64,000 nt of DNA from an uncultured Melioribacteraceae bacterium (lineage in GTDB: Bacteria; Bacteroidota; Ignavibacteria; Ignavibacteriales; SURF-24): NCBI GenBank assembly GCA_965365345.1, contig CBDUBH010000003.1, positions 3,913-67,912 of the forward strand, read 5' to 3'. This document shows positions 28,665 through 38,145 of the stretch, piece by piece. Made by a program: the position numbers and the translations under genes. Within the stretch, counting starts at the first letter, position 1; the number at the start of each line of letters is the position of its first letter. The notes under the pieces are model-generated. The model made no database searches and was not told the origin of the DNA. It worked only from the letters and a program-made list of their open reading frames with translations.

Positions 28665-29825
28665 TTATTGTCCTACCATTGTTGCGCCGTAAAAACTTAA
28701 CACTTCACCGATAGGATTTGCAATTGCTGTTGAACTGCTTCCTGCAAATAGCAATCCAATTGCTCTGGGATTTGTTGAAACATTTTCAACCATAAGTGAA
28801 CCGGAATCACCGCCGGCTAAGAATTTTGATCCTCTGTTTGCAATTACAATTTGTCCGGTAAAAGTTTTAGTGAAAGCTTCTGTTCCAGCACATTCATTTT
28901 CATAAGTAACTCTAATTGTTGCGTTAAGTCCGCTTACAGAACTTGTTGAAAATCCTGTTGTCCTTCCGGTTTTTTTAACGCCCTGGTTTATGTAAGCAGC
29001 AACAATATCTTTAGAAAGTGTTCCGATTCCCAAAATAGCACCTGATTCATCAACCATTCCGGGTACAACTTTTGCGATCGCAGCATCAATATTTTCATTT
29101 GGCAAAGTTTTTCTGCTTACATCTAAAGTTGCCACAACATTTGCATTTGCTGAATTGCAATTAATATCAATTAATCCGGGCTGAATAACAGGATCACCTG
29201 TTTGTGCAACTTTATTATTTCCACCGGAGATAATATCTGCTGCCAAAACGTGATAATTGCTTAAAATATATTTGCTTGTACCTATTTGGATCAATGAACC
29301 TAAAGTTCCGCCACAGCAATATCCGTTTGCATAATCATGACCCCAGCCGCCTGAAGTTCCTAGTTTTATTGGCGCATTTTGTTTTGCTTTAGTGTCAATT
29401 TTTCCGCCGCCGCCCGGCTTTCCGCCTTTCTGGAAGAATGCTTTAAATGGTTCCGAGTAACTTTTTATTACCCTAACGCCTTCAATTTCATTTGGAACAT
29501 TTGCAGATACTTTTGATAATTTCATGCTTTTATTATTGATGTAAACTAAAATTGCAGGGCGGCCTTTTTCATCGACACCTACAGCAGTTCCTAAAATATC
29601 GCTTTCTTCCATTAATTTTGCAGTGTGTTTTTCCTGCTTTTCAATTGCGTTTTTAACTGCAGGATTGTCTTTTCCCAAAAGAACTAATTGCGAAGGATTT
29701 ACCGAATCAGAAGGATTTTGAGTTTGTTCTGTACAACCGTTAATAAAAACAAAAGAGACGATCAAAAATAAAGAAATGATGCCAATAAGTTTTGGCAATT
29801 TTGCGGAATGGGAGCTTTTTTTCAT
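28665..29825 (-). CDS. secreted chymotrypsin-fold (S1-like) serine protease with N-terminal pro-region
   Basis: Signal/lipobox FINGC. Candidate triad SNYHVLA (His), NIDAAIAKV (Asp), AGGDSGSLMV (Ser). Gly-rich linker GGKPGGGGK. Confidence 0.65.
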   Translation of the reverse strand: MKKSSHSAKLPKLIGIISLFLIVSFVFINGCTEQTQNPSDSVNPSQLVLLGKDNPAVKNAIEKQEKHTAKLMEESDILGTAVGVDEKGRPAILVYINNKSMKLSKVSANVPNEIEGVRVIKSYSEPFKAFFQKGGKPGGGGKIDTKAKQNAPIKLGTSGGWGHDYANGYCCGGTLGSLIQIGTSKYILSNYHVLAADIISGGNNKVAQTGDPVIQPGLIDINCNSANANVVATLDVSRKTLPNENIDAAIAKVVPGMVDESGAILGIGTLSKDIVAAYINQGVKKTGRTTGFSTSSVSGLNATIRVTYENECAGTEAFTKTFTGQIVIANRGSKFLAGGDSGSLMVENVSTNPRAIGLLFAGSSSTAIANPIGEVLSFYGATMVGQ

Positions 29826-29981
29826 AAAGCATTCTCCAATTAAAGTTTGAGTTAAATATTAATTAACTTAACCCGAGCAGGAAAGCGAATACAAAAATTT
29901 CCGGACAATATATCTAAAGATGATGGGTATAAGTGATAGTTACGAATTTTTGCAAACTTAATCAATAAATAAAATAAAAAA

Positions 29982-30001
29982 GGCGCAAAAAAATTTGCGC
30001 C
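29982..30001 (-). terminator. rho-independent terminator after the S46 peptidase gene
   Basis: The minus strand reads gggcgcaaa-tttt-tttgcgcc followed by ttttttatttt. Confidence 0.75.
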
Positions 30002-30057
30002 CACATTTTAATGCCTGTAATTTTTGTAAATTATTTCCGGCAATTTATTTTATCTCT

Positions 30058-32244
30058 TTATAAATTGATCTTCATTTCTTTTAATAGAAAATCAGCGCCG
30101 CCTATTTTTTGAGTTACCCATAAAACATAGCGGATATCAACACCGATAGATCTGCTGTAATCTTCGCTCCAGGCGTAATCATTAATTGTTGCTTCGTAAG
30201 CTCTGTCAAAATTTACTCCAATAAGTTCACCGTAAGCGTTCAAAATCGGACTGCCGGAATTTCCGCCGGTTGTATCCATATTATAAAGAATTGCAACTGG
30301 AAGTCCGCCGGCTTTCTTACTGTAAAATTTTCCGAAATCTTTTTTGTTAAAAAGTTCAACAAGTTTTTCGTAAACTTTGTAATCTCCGCCCTGGTAACTT
30401 TTTTCTATAATTCCTTCAAGCGTGGTTACCGGTTTGTAATAAACCGCATCAACCGGGGAGTAACCTTTTACGTAACCGAAAGTTAAACGCAAAGTGCTGT
30501 TTGCATCGGGAACGAATGATTGTTTTTTGTACAATCTTTTTACTTCGATCAATTGTGCAGAAAGTTCATCAAGTGTTCCTTCAATTTTCTTTCTTTCATT
30601 TTCTAAAGATTTTTCCTGCTTCAAAATTCCGTTAGCCAAACTTATTAAAGGATTATTTAAAGCAAGAATTTCATCTTTTGATTTTGTTAGAAGTTCTTTA
30701 AAATATTCCGGATCTGCAATTTTATTATTTTCAACAGCAGAGTTCACAAAATTTCTGATCTCTTTTTCGGTACTGTATTTATTGCTCAACTCTTCAATTG
30801 CCTGAACATTTGAATTTTCGGGAAGATCTTTTGCATCAATTATCATTTTTGCTAAAAGTTCTTTATCAGCTTTTTCGCTGTATCTGTTATACAAAAGTTC
30901 AGCGCTTTTTACGGTTTTTGGAACCTGATTTTTTATATGATCTTCTTTTTTATCGCCTTTCAATGTATCTAATTTTTCTGCGTTCTTAAGAACAATTTCG
31001 GCTGCTCTTAATAAAGTTGATGCTCTGAAAATTTGACTAAGCCAAAGATCTCTTTTCGCATTTTTGAATAATTTTGAATAAACTTGATTTGTCTGCTCGA
31101 ACAAATTTCCGTATTCTGATTTTAAATTTTTATCGGCATCAATAAATTTTTGAATTTCTCTTTCTTCATTTTTTTTATTTTCTACTAATGAAAGTTCGCG
31201 CAAACCTTTCAATTTTCCTTTATAATTTTTCGTAACGTTAGCCAGACTTTTAATTCTTGAAGCCAATTTTACATTTTCTTCAGGATCTTGCTTGCTTAAT
31301 TCTTTCATAAAATCAATTTGATAATCATAAAGATCCGAAATATACGGCAATTGATATTTTTCCTGAAACTCTAAAAATGCCGCCGGTTTATGTCTGAAAG
31401 TTCTTCCCGGATAACCCAAAATAAAAAGGAAGTCCCCTTCTTCAGCGCCGTTCGGATTTACTTTCAAGAATTTTTTCGGTTTGTAAGGAACATTATCTTT
31501 TGAAAATTCAGCGGGTTTTCCATCTTTTGAAACATAAGCACGCATAAATGAAAAATCACCTGTATGTCTCGGCCAAACCCAGTTGTCGCTTTCGCCGCCA
31601 AATTCGCCGATAGTTCTTGGAGGAACATAAACAATTCTTACATCTTTTATAACTTTATATCTGAAAAGAACGTAAGTTTTTCCTTCAAACATTTCAGAAA
31701 CTTGTGCCTGGATTGTTGAATCTTTTTTTTCGGCTGATTTTTCAATTTCTTTAATTTTCGCTTCTATTTTTTTTGTTCTTTCTGCGGGATCTTTAATTTC
31801 TTTAACCGAATTTAAAATTTCATCAGAAACATCATCATAAGAATCCGTAATTCTGCAAATTGTTCCTTTTGCTTCAATTTCTTCTTCGTGTGTATTTGCT
31901 TTAAATCCCTTTTCAATATAATCGTTTTCAACTGTGCTTGCCGCTTGAAGCGCACCAAAGACACAATGATGATTTGTAATTATCAATCCATCTTCAGAAA
32001 CAAATGAACCGGTGCAGCCGCCGACATTTACAAGCGCATCAACAAGACTGATTCCATCGGGATTATAAACATCTTTAACGTCAATTTTAAGTCCGGCATC
32101 TTTTAAATTGACTTTGTGAATTTCGCTAAGCGGATACATTCCTTCTTCCAAAACGGGCGCGGCAAATGCTAAAAGCATAAAGCCAAAAATTGCGATAAAA
32201 GAACTTATAACTTTTTTTCGCGTAAACTTTTTAAAAATTCTCAT
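30058..32244 (-). CDS. S46 family dipeptidyl-peptidase (DPP7/DPP11-like)
   Basis: GGCTGSFVSEDGLIITNHHC (catalytic His) and TTGGNSGSPILN (catalytic Ser). 728 aa with a helical insert, as in Peptidase S46. Confidence 0.9.
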   Translation of the reverse strand: MRIFKKFTRKKVISSFIAIFGFMLLAFAAPVLEEGMYPLSEIHKVNLKDAGLKIDVKDVYNPDGISLVDALVNVGGCTGSFVSEDGLIITNHHCVFGALQAASTVENDYIEKGFKANTHEEEIEAKGTICRITDSYDDVSDEILNSVKEIKDPAERTKKIEAKIKEIEKSAEKKDSTIQAQVSEMFEGKTYVLFRYKVIKDVRIVYVPPRTIGEFGGESDNWVWPRHTGDFSFMRAYVSKDGKPAEFSKDNVPYKPKKFLKVNPNGAEEGDFLFILGYPGRTFRHKPAAFLEFQEKYQLPYISDLYDYQIDFMKELSKQDPEENVKLASRIKSLANVTKNYKGKLKGLRELSLVENKKNEEREIQKFIDADKNLKSEYGNLFEQTNQVYSKLFKNAKRDLWLSQIFRASTLLRAAEIVLKNAEKLDTLKGDKKEDHIKNQVPKTVKSAELLYNRYSEKADKELLAKMIIDAKDLPENSNVQAIEELSNKYSTEKEIRNFVNSAVENNKIADPEYFKELLTKSKDEILALNNPLISLANGILKQEKSLENERKKIEGTLDELSAQLIEVKRLYKKQSFVPDANSTLRLTFGYVKGYSPVDAVYYKPVTTLEGIIEKSYQGGDYKVYEKLVELFNKKDFGKFYSKKAGGLPVAILYNMDTTGGNSGSPILNAYGELIGVNFDRAYEATINDYAWSEDYSRSIGVDIRYVLWVTQKIGGADFLLKEMKINL

Positions 32245-32441
32245 TAGATCCTCATTAATTTGAACATTTCAGTTAACCGGCAAAATCCGGAAATTTCATT
32301 TTAGAATATATTCCTTATTAAAAAGAATTTCAAATTTAATAGCATTTTTTCGTTATCCGGAATTTATTTTTAAAATATTTGGAACTTAAAGAAATTTTTA
32401 TAAGTTTATTAAATATTAGACAAATTTTATACAAGATTAAA

Positions 32442-33923
32442 ATGAAAAAGATAATTATCATCGGTTCGGGACTTGGCGGAATTTCCACAGCTTTGCGTTT
32501 GGCAGCAAAAGGAAATGATGTTACAATTCTGGAAAAACATAATTCGCCCGGTGGAAGGCTGAATCAAATTTCAATGGAAGGATTTAAGTTTGATCTTGGT
32601 CCTTCTTTTATGAGCATGACTTACGAACTCGATGAATTATTTACAAGCATAGGCGAAAAAAATCCTTTGAAATTAACCGAACTTGAACCTTTATATCAAG
32701 TTTTCTTTGAAGGTAGAAAAGAGCCGTTCAAAATTTACAAAGACCTTGAAAAACTTGAACAAGAGTTCAAAAACATTGAACCAAATTTAGCTGCAAAAGC
32801 CGAAAAATATTTACAACGTGCAGGAAATTTTTTCCACGATACGGAAGATAAAGTCGTAAAATCAAATTTCAAAAATAAATTTGAATATATTTTGAAACTT
32901 ACAACAGTTCCGATGAAACATCTTCCTTATCTTTTCAAAAATATGTGGAGCGAAGTTGAAAAAACTTTTTCTTCTGAAGAGATCAGAATTATTTTTTCGC
33001 TTGTTGCTTTCTTTTTAGGTTCAACTCCGTTTCAAACTCCTTCAATTTATTCGCTGCTAAATTATACAGAAATGCGACACAACGGATATTGGAAGATTGA
33101 AGGCGGAATGTATAAACTTGTTGAAGAGTTAATGATCCTCCTAAATAAATATAATGTAAAAATTCATTATGATACTGAAATTGTTAATGTAAATTCACAC
33201 AACGGAAGCGTTGAAAGTTTTGTTGATCAAAAAGGAAATTTGTGGCAAGCTGATATTTTTATTTCAAATTCGGATGCGGCTTCTTTCCGCGGACAAATTC
33301 TGAACAGAAAAAATTTCACTGAAGAAAAATTAGATAAAATGGAATGGACTTTAGCTCCGTTCACAATCTACCTTGGAGTAAAAGGTGAAATTCCTAATTT
33401 GGAATTGCATAATTATTTTCTCGGTAAAAATTTCAAAGATTACGCAAGCAAAATCTTTACATCTTCGGTAACGCCTAACAATCCTTATTATTACGTGAAT
33501 GTTTCAACTAAATCTTATAAAGAATGCGCTCCTGAAGGCTGCGAAAATATCTTTATTCTTTGTCCTGTGCCTGATTTGCGCTACAAAAAAGTTTGGAGCG
33601 ATAAGGAAGATTTTGCGGAAATTATCATTAAGGATTTGTCGAATAGAATTGATTTTAATCTTGCAAAAAATACATTGGTAAAAAAGGTACTTGCTCCCGA
33701 TGATTGGGCAAAAACTTTAAATTTATATAAAGGATCGGGATTAGGACTTGCGCACGGAATTATGCAAGTCGGCGCTTTCAGACCAAAAAATAAAGATGAA
33801 AAATTCAATAATCTTTATTATGTAGGCGCATCAACAACTCCGGGGACCGGACTTCCGATGGTAATAATAAGTTCGCGATTAGTAACAGAAAGGCTAGAGG
33901 AAGATTATGCAACTTTATCATGA
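32442..33923 (+). CDS. crtI: phytoene desaturase (CrtI family)
   Basis: MKKIIIIGSGLGGISTALRLAAKGNDVTILEKHNSPGGR...FDLGPS, with C-terminal NLYYVGASTTPGTGLPMV. I use the ATG at 32442 rather than the TTG at 32379 in the track. Confidence 0.75.
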   Translation: MKKIIIIGSGLGGISTALRLAAKGNDVTILEKHNSPGGRLNQISMEGFKFDLGPSFMSMTYELDELFTSIGEKNPLKLTELEPLYQVFFEGRKEPFKIYKDLEKLEQEFKNIEPNLAAKAEKYLQRAGNFFHDTEDKVVKSNFKNKFEYILKLTTVPMKHLPYLFKNMWSEVEKTFSSEEIRIIFSLVAFFLGSTPFQTPSIYSLLNYTEMRHNGYWKIEGGMYKLVEELMILLNKYNVKIHYDTEIVNVNSHNGSVESFVDQKGNLWQADIFISNSDAASFRGQILNRKNFTEEKLDKMEWTLAPFTIYLGVKGEIPNLELHNYFLGKNFKDYASKIFTSSVTPNNPYYYVNVSTKSYKECAPEGCENIFILCPVPDLRYKKVWSDKEDFAEIIIKDLSNRIDFNLAKNTLVKKVLAPDDWAKTLNLYKGSGLGLAHGIMQVGAFRPKNKDEKFNNLYYVGASTTPGTGLPMVIISSRLVTERLEEDYATLS

Positions 33924-34827
33924 TACAAGTTTTAAGATAAGCCAAATCATAACTAAAAGTTACAGCACTTCTTTTAGTCTTGGCATAAAAGTTTTTTCTG
34001 ATGAATACAAAGATGGAATTTACGGAATTTATGGATTTGTTCGGCTCGCCGATGAAGTTGTTGATAGCTTTCACGGGTTTGATAAACAAACTTTATTAAG
34101 TAATTTACGTTTTGATACTTATTACGCAATTCAAAATAAAATTTCTACAAATCCTGTTTTGCATTCGTTTCAGCAAGTAGTAAATAAATACAATATCGGT
34201 AAAGAATTGATTGATGCTTTTTTGGATAGTATGGAAATGGATCTGCATTATTCATCTTACAGAAGAGATCTTTACGATCAATATATTTACGGCTCTGCTG
34301 AATCTGTAGGATTGATGTGCCTGCACGTTTTTTGCAACGGCGATAAAAGAATGTATAATCATTTAGTTGAGCCCGCACGAAAATTAGGTTCTGCATTTCA
34401 AAAAATTAATTTTCTGCGTGATATAAAAAGTGATATTGAAGAACGCGGCAGAATTTATTTACCGGGAATTGATAATTTGAATTTGATAAACAATGAAAGC
34501 AAACAGAAGCTTGTAAAAGAAGCCGAAGCGGAATTTGATGAAGCATTAAACGGAATAATTCAACTTCCTGAAGGTGTAAGATTGGGAGTTTATCTTGCTT
34601 ATTCTTATTACCTGACACTTTTGCAAAAAGTTAAAAGATCAAGTGTTGAAGAATTATTGGAAAAAAGAATAAGAATAAATAATTTCAGCAAAGTACTGAT
34701 TTTATTGAAATGTATGATGAAAGTTAAATTCTTGAAAGAAAGGAAATTGAAAATCGATTATGATAAAAATGATATTAATGTTTCTGCTGGTTACGCCGTT
34801 ACTGATAATAAAGGCGGAAAATCTTAA
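33907..34827 (+). CDS. crtB: phytoene synthase
   Basis: SYSTSFSLGI, YGFVRLADEVVD (first Asp-rich motif), YGSAESVGLM and FLRDIKSD (second Asp-rich motif). Overlaps crtI by 17 nt. Confidence 0.9.
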   Translation: MQLYHDTSFKISQIITKSYSTSFSLGIKVFSDEYKDGIYGIYGFVRLADEVVDSFHGFDKQTLLSNLRFDTYYAIQNKISTNPVLHSFQQVVNKYNIGKELIDAFLDSMEMDLHYSSYRRDLYDQYIYGSAESVGLMCLHVFCNGDKRMYNHLVEPARKLGSAFQKINFLRDIKSDIEERGRIYLPGIDNLNLINNESKQKLVKEAEAEFDEALNGIIQLPEGVRLGVYLAYSYYLTLLQKVKRSSVEELLEKRIRINNFSKVLILLKCMMKVKFLKERKLKIDYDKNDINVSAGYAVTDNKGGKS

Positions 34828-35332
34828 TTTAAAAGATAAAGCAAAATTAAATTTTATAAGAAATAAATTTTACGAAGCGGTAGAAAGTAAACAATCAACC
34901 AATGAATTAATAAATTATATAAAAGAAAATTTTACTGATGATGAAGGAAAATATCCAGCAAATATCCTGGCTTATACAGGAGCGCTGGAAACACTAAAAG
35001 CCAAACACGCATTTGATCCTTATTCAAAATTCAAATTCGTAATTTCGGGAGTAAAGAAATTGAACAAAGCGGTTGAAATTTTACCGGATGATCTCGAAAC
35101 TAGATTTTTAAGATTTGCGGTTTTGCATAATATTCCCGGTGTTTTCGGTGTTTCTGATGAACGGAATGAAGATAAAAATATTATTTACGAACTTTTGTTA
35201 GAAAAAGATTATTCAAATGTAAGTGCTGATTTGCAAAAAGGAATCATTGAATTTATGATCGAAAGTGAAAGACTTCATTCAGATCAAAATGATCAATTAA
35301 TAAATTTATTATCATTATATTCACAAAGATGA
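34760..35332 (+). CDS. hypothetical secreted protein embedded in the carotenoid cluster
   Basis: 190 aa. N-terminal hydrophobic signal-like segment (MILMFLLVTPLLII). No family recognised. Overlaps the crtB tail by 68 nt and the cyclase start by 4 nt, so it appears translationally coupled. Confidence 0.5.
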   Translation: MIKMILMFLLVTPLLIIKAENLNLKDKAKLNFIRNKFYEAVESKQSTNELINYIKENFTDDEGKYPANILAYTGALETLKAKHAFDPYSKFKFVISGVKKLNKAVEILPDDLETRFLRFAVLHNIPGVFGVSDERNEDKNIIYELLLEKDYSNVSADLQKGIIEFMIESERLHSDQNDQLINLLSLYSQR

Positions 35333-36015
35333 GCAAATATTTACTGATTAACATTCTGATAATTATTGTTCCGTTAATTTTATCTTTTGAAAAAAATATT
35401 AAATATTATAAAAATTTTCTTCCGCTGTTTCTTTCAATAATAATTGTTTCAACTGTCTTTATTATTTGGGATGCGATCGCTGCTTCGCGCGGTGATTGGG
35501 GATTTAACGAGAAATATATTTTGGGAATTGAATTTTTCGGACTTCCACTGGAAGAAATTCTTTTTTTTATAACCGTTCCATACAGCACAATTTTCATTTA
35601 CGAAACATTGAAATTTTATTTAAATGAAAAGCATTACAATTTCAGTAAATATTTTTTCTTTATTCCGGTTGTGGTTTTCATTATTGCAGCTATAATTTTC
35701 AGTAATCAATATTATACTTTCACGGTATTAATTTTTTGCGCATTCTTTTTATTGGCTGCAATAATATTTAATGAATCACTTTTACGTTCAAATATTTTTT
35801 GGCTTTACGTTTTAATTACATATGTTCCGTTTTTACTTGTAAATTATTTTTTAACTGCACTTCCCGTAGTTTGGTATAATCCAAATGCATTTTCGGGGAA
35901 CAGATTTTTAACAATTCCATTTGAAGATTTTTTCTATTCGTTTTCATTGTTGTCTTTTTATTTATTCTTTTATCTGATTTTCAAAAAATGGCTAAACGAA
36001 AAAAAGTCGCTGTAA
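35329..36015 (+). CDS. crtY: fused heterodimer-type lycopene cyclase (CrtYc-CrtYd)
   Basis: Two lycopene-cyclase-domain repeats with PLEEILFF and PFEDFFYS motifs. About 7 TM helices, 228 aa. Confidence 0.8.
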   Translation: MSKYLLINILIIIVPLILSFEKNIKYYKNFLPLFLSIIIVSTVFIIWDAIAASRGDWGFNEKYILGIEFFGLPLEEILFFITVPYSTIFIYETLKFYLNEKHYNFSKYFFFIPVVVFIIAAIIFSNQYYTFTVLIFCAFFLLAAIIFNESLLRSNIFWLYVLITYVPFLLVNYFLTALPVVWYNPNAFSGNRFLTIPFEDFFYSFSLLSFYLFFYLIFKKWLNEKKSL

Positions 36016-37472
36016 TAGGTGCGGGATTAGGAGGAATTTCTGCTGCGTTAAGATTATCTCAACATAAATTTGATGTTACAGTATTCGAGCAAAATTCAAC
36101 TCCCGGCGGAAAAGCAAATGTTATCTGCAAAAACGGATTCAGATTTGATACTGGTCCATCCCTTTTAACAATGCCTTTTGTCATCCAAGATTTATTTGAA
36201 TATATAAATGAAGATATTTCAAAATATTTTACTGTAAAAAAGCTTGATGTGCTTTGTAAATATTTTTATCCTGATGGAAAAATAATTAATGCGTATTCCG
36301 ATCTGCAAAAATTCAAAAATGAAATCGATAATAAAACATCAGTTAAAGCAAATTCAATTGATAAATATTTTGCTTATTCAAAAAATATTTATGATCTGAC
36401 CGCAGAATTATTTTTAATGAAAAGTTTTTCAGAACCGGCAACTTTTCTAAATTCATCAGCGCTTAAAACTTTACTAAACATCAATAAAATCGACCCTTTC
36501 AGAACTGTTCATCAGGCAAATCAATCATTTTTTACTGATGATAAAATGATTCAGTTATTCGATAGATATGCAACTTATAACGGTTCTAATCCATTTATAG
36601 CACCGGCAACTTTAAACATAATTCCTTACGTTGAATTTATTTTAGGCGGATTTATTATTGAAGAAGGAATTTATGCACTCCCGAATTCTCTTTATCAGAT
36701 CGCTGAAAATAAAGGAGTAAAATTCAATTTTAATTCAAAAGTCGAAAAAATCATTTTTGAAAATAGTTTTGTAAAAGGAATTTCTACAAACGGTAAATTT
36801 CATAATTTCGATCTAGTAATTTCAAATGCTGATGTAAACAATACTTATAAATATTTATTGAACGAAGCTGATTCACCCGGAAATATAATTAACGAAGAAA
36901 ATCTTTCAACTTCCGCAATAGTATTTTATTGGGGTGTAAAAATCAAAAGCGATTTGGAAATTCATAATATTTTATTTTCGGAAAATTATAAAAAAGAATT
37001 TGATGAGATTTTTATTGAAAAGAATATTCCACTTGATCCAACAATTTATATTTACATTTCCTCTAAATTCAAAAAAGAAGATGCACCTGAAAATTGTGAA
37101 AACTGGTTTGTGATGATAAATTCTCCGTTTAGAAATTTTGAAGACCAAGAAAATGAAATTAATCGTATAAGAGAAAGAATCATCAATAAAATCAACACTT
37201 TCCTGCAGATTGATATTTCCGGAAAAATTATTTTTGAAGGTATTTTAACTCCCGATAAACTTGAAAAGCAAACCGGAAGTTACAAAGGAAGCATTTACGG
37301 AATTTCATCCAACAATAAAAAAGCAGCATTTTTAAGACAGCAAAACAAGTCACGAAAATATAAAGGTCTATATTTTACAGGCGGAAGCGCACATCCCGGC
37401 GGCGGAATTCCATTGGTTTTGCTTTCCGGAAAAATAACATCTGAATTAATTTTAAAATACGAAAATGATTAA
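35988..37472 (+). CDS. crtD: CrtI-family carotenoid desaturase, CrtD-like (1-hydroxycarotenoid 3,4-desaturase candidate)
   Basis: KKVAVIGAGLGGISAALRL...GGKA...FDTGPSLLTMPFV and C-terminal GLYFTGGSAHPGGGIPLV. The GPSL.TMP pattern is CrtD-like as I remember it. The assignment versus a second CrtI is tentative. Confidence 0.6.
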   Translation: MAKRKKVAVIGAGLGGISAALRLSQHKFDVTVFEQNSTPGGKANVICKNGFRFDTGPSLLTMPFVIQDLFEYINEDISKYFTVKKLDVLCKYFYPDGKIINAYSDLQKFKNEIDNKTSVKANSIDKYFAYSKNIYDLTAELFLMKSFSEPATFLNSSALKTLLNINKIDPFRTVHQANQSFFTDDKMIQLFDRYATYNGSNPFIAPATLNIIPYVEFILGGFIIEEGIYALPNSLYQIAENKGVKFNFNSKVEKIIFENSFVKGISTNGKFHNFDLVISNADVNNTYKYLLNEADSPGNIINEENLSTSAIVFYWGVKIKSDLEIHNILFSENYKKEFDEIFIEKNIPLDPTIYIYISSKFKKEDAPENCENWFVMINSPFRNFEDQENEINRIRERIINKINTFLQIDISGKIIFEGILTPDKLEKQTGSYKGSIYGISSNNKKAAFLRQQNKSRKYKGLYFTGGSAHPGGGIPLVLLSGKITSELILKYEND

Positions 37473-38145
37473 ATCGCATAATAATAAATACGCAAGATTA
37501 TTTTTTGATATTTATCTGAATAAATTATTGCGAAGCAAATTCAGCAATTTTTATTTGATGAATACTCCGCCTAAAATTGATTCGAAACTTCCATTGGTAA
37601 TTACGCCAAATCATTTTTCATGGTGGGACGGATTTTTTATTGATTTTCTTAACACAAAATTGATCAAAAAATATTTTCATATTATGATGCTTGAGCATCA
37701 ACTCGATAAATATTGGTTTTTCAAGTATCTTGGCGCATATTCTATAAATCAGCAAAATCCAAAATCGATTACCGAAACTGCAAATTACACAAAAGAAATT
37801 CTGCATGATGAAAAAAACTTGACCGTGATTTATCCGCAGGGCAAAATTGAAGCATATGATTCGCGTCCGGTTTCATTAAAGCAAGGATTAAAGTATTTTT
37901 TAAAAGATGTTTCACCGGATGTAAATGTTTTGATCGTTTCATTCAAGATTCAATTTGCCGAAGATAAAAATCCTTTTATTGCAGTTCGATTTGGAAATTG
38001 TTTAACAGCATCGGGCGTGCTTTCGGATTTTGATCAGTATGAAAAAATGTTCAACGATAATTTACGCATGCTTGATGCCGAAACAATTTCACAAAATTAT
38101 ATTTTTGATCTTTTTTCCTCAAACTCAATAATGGCTGCAAAATGA
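37465..38145 (+). CDS. lysophospholipid-acyltransferase family protein (CruD-like carotenoid glycoside acyltransferase candidate)
   Basis: HX4D motif PNHFSWWDG and YPQGKIE. The role is suggested by position between the desaturase and GT2 genes of the crt cluster. Confidence 0.6.
   Translation: MIKSHNNKYARLFFDIYLNKLLRSKFSNFYLMNTPPKIDSKLPLVITPNHFSWWDGFFIDFLNTKLIKKYFHIMMLEHQLDKYWFFKYLGAYSINQQNPKSITETANYTKEILHDEKNLTVIYPQGKIEAYDSRPVSLKQGLKYFLKDVSPDVNVLIVSFKIQFAEDKNPFIAVRFGNCLTASGVLSDFDQYEKMFNDNLRMLDAETISQNYIFDLFSSNSIMAAK

Noticed and set aside
32379-32441. Upstream alternative-codon (TTG) extensions used by the ORF track for crtI (32379), tex (51836), aconitase (55986) and the symporter (9032)
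   Set aside because: In each case an in-frame ATG a few codons downstream begins exactly where the conserved N-terminus of the family starts (for example MKKIIIIGSGLGG for CrtI). The extensions add non-conserved residues.
33581-34618. Minus-strand ORFs inside crtI/crtB (33581..33808, 33805..34089, 34145..34396, 34406..34618)
   Set aside because: They are antisense to genes with clear CrtI and CrtB motifs, with no independent support.
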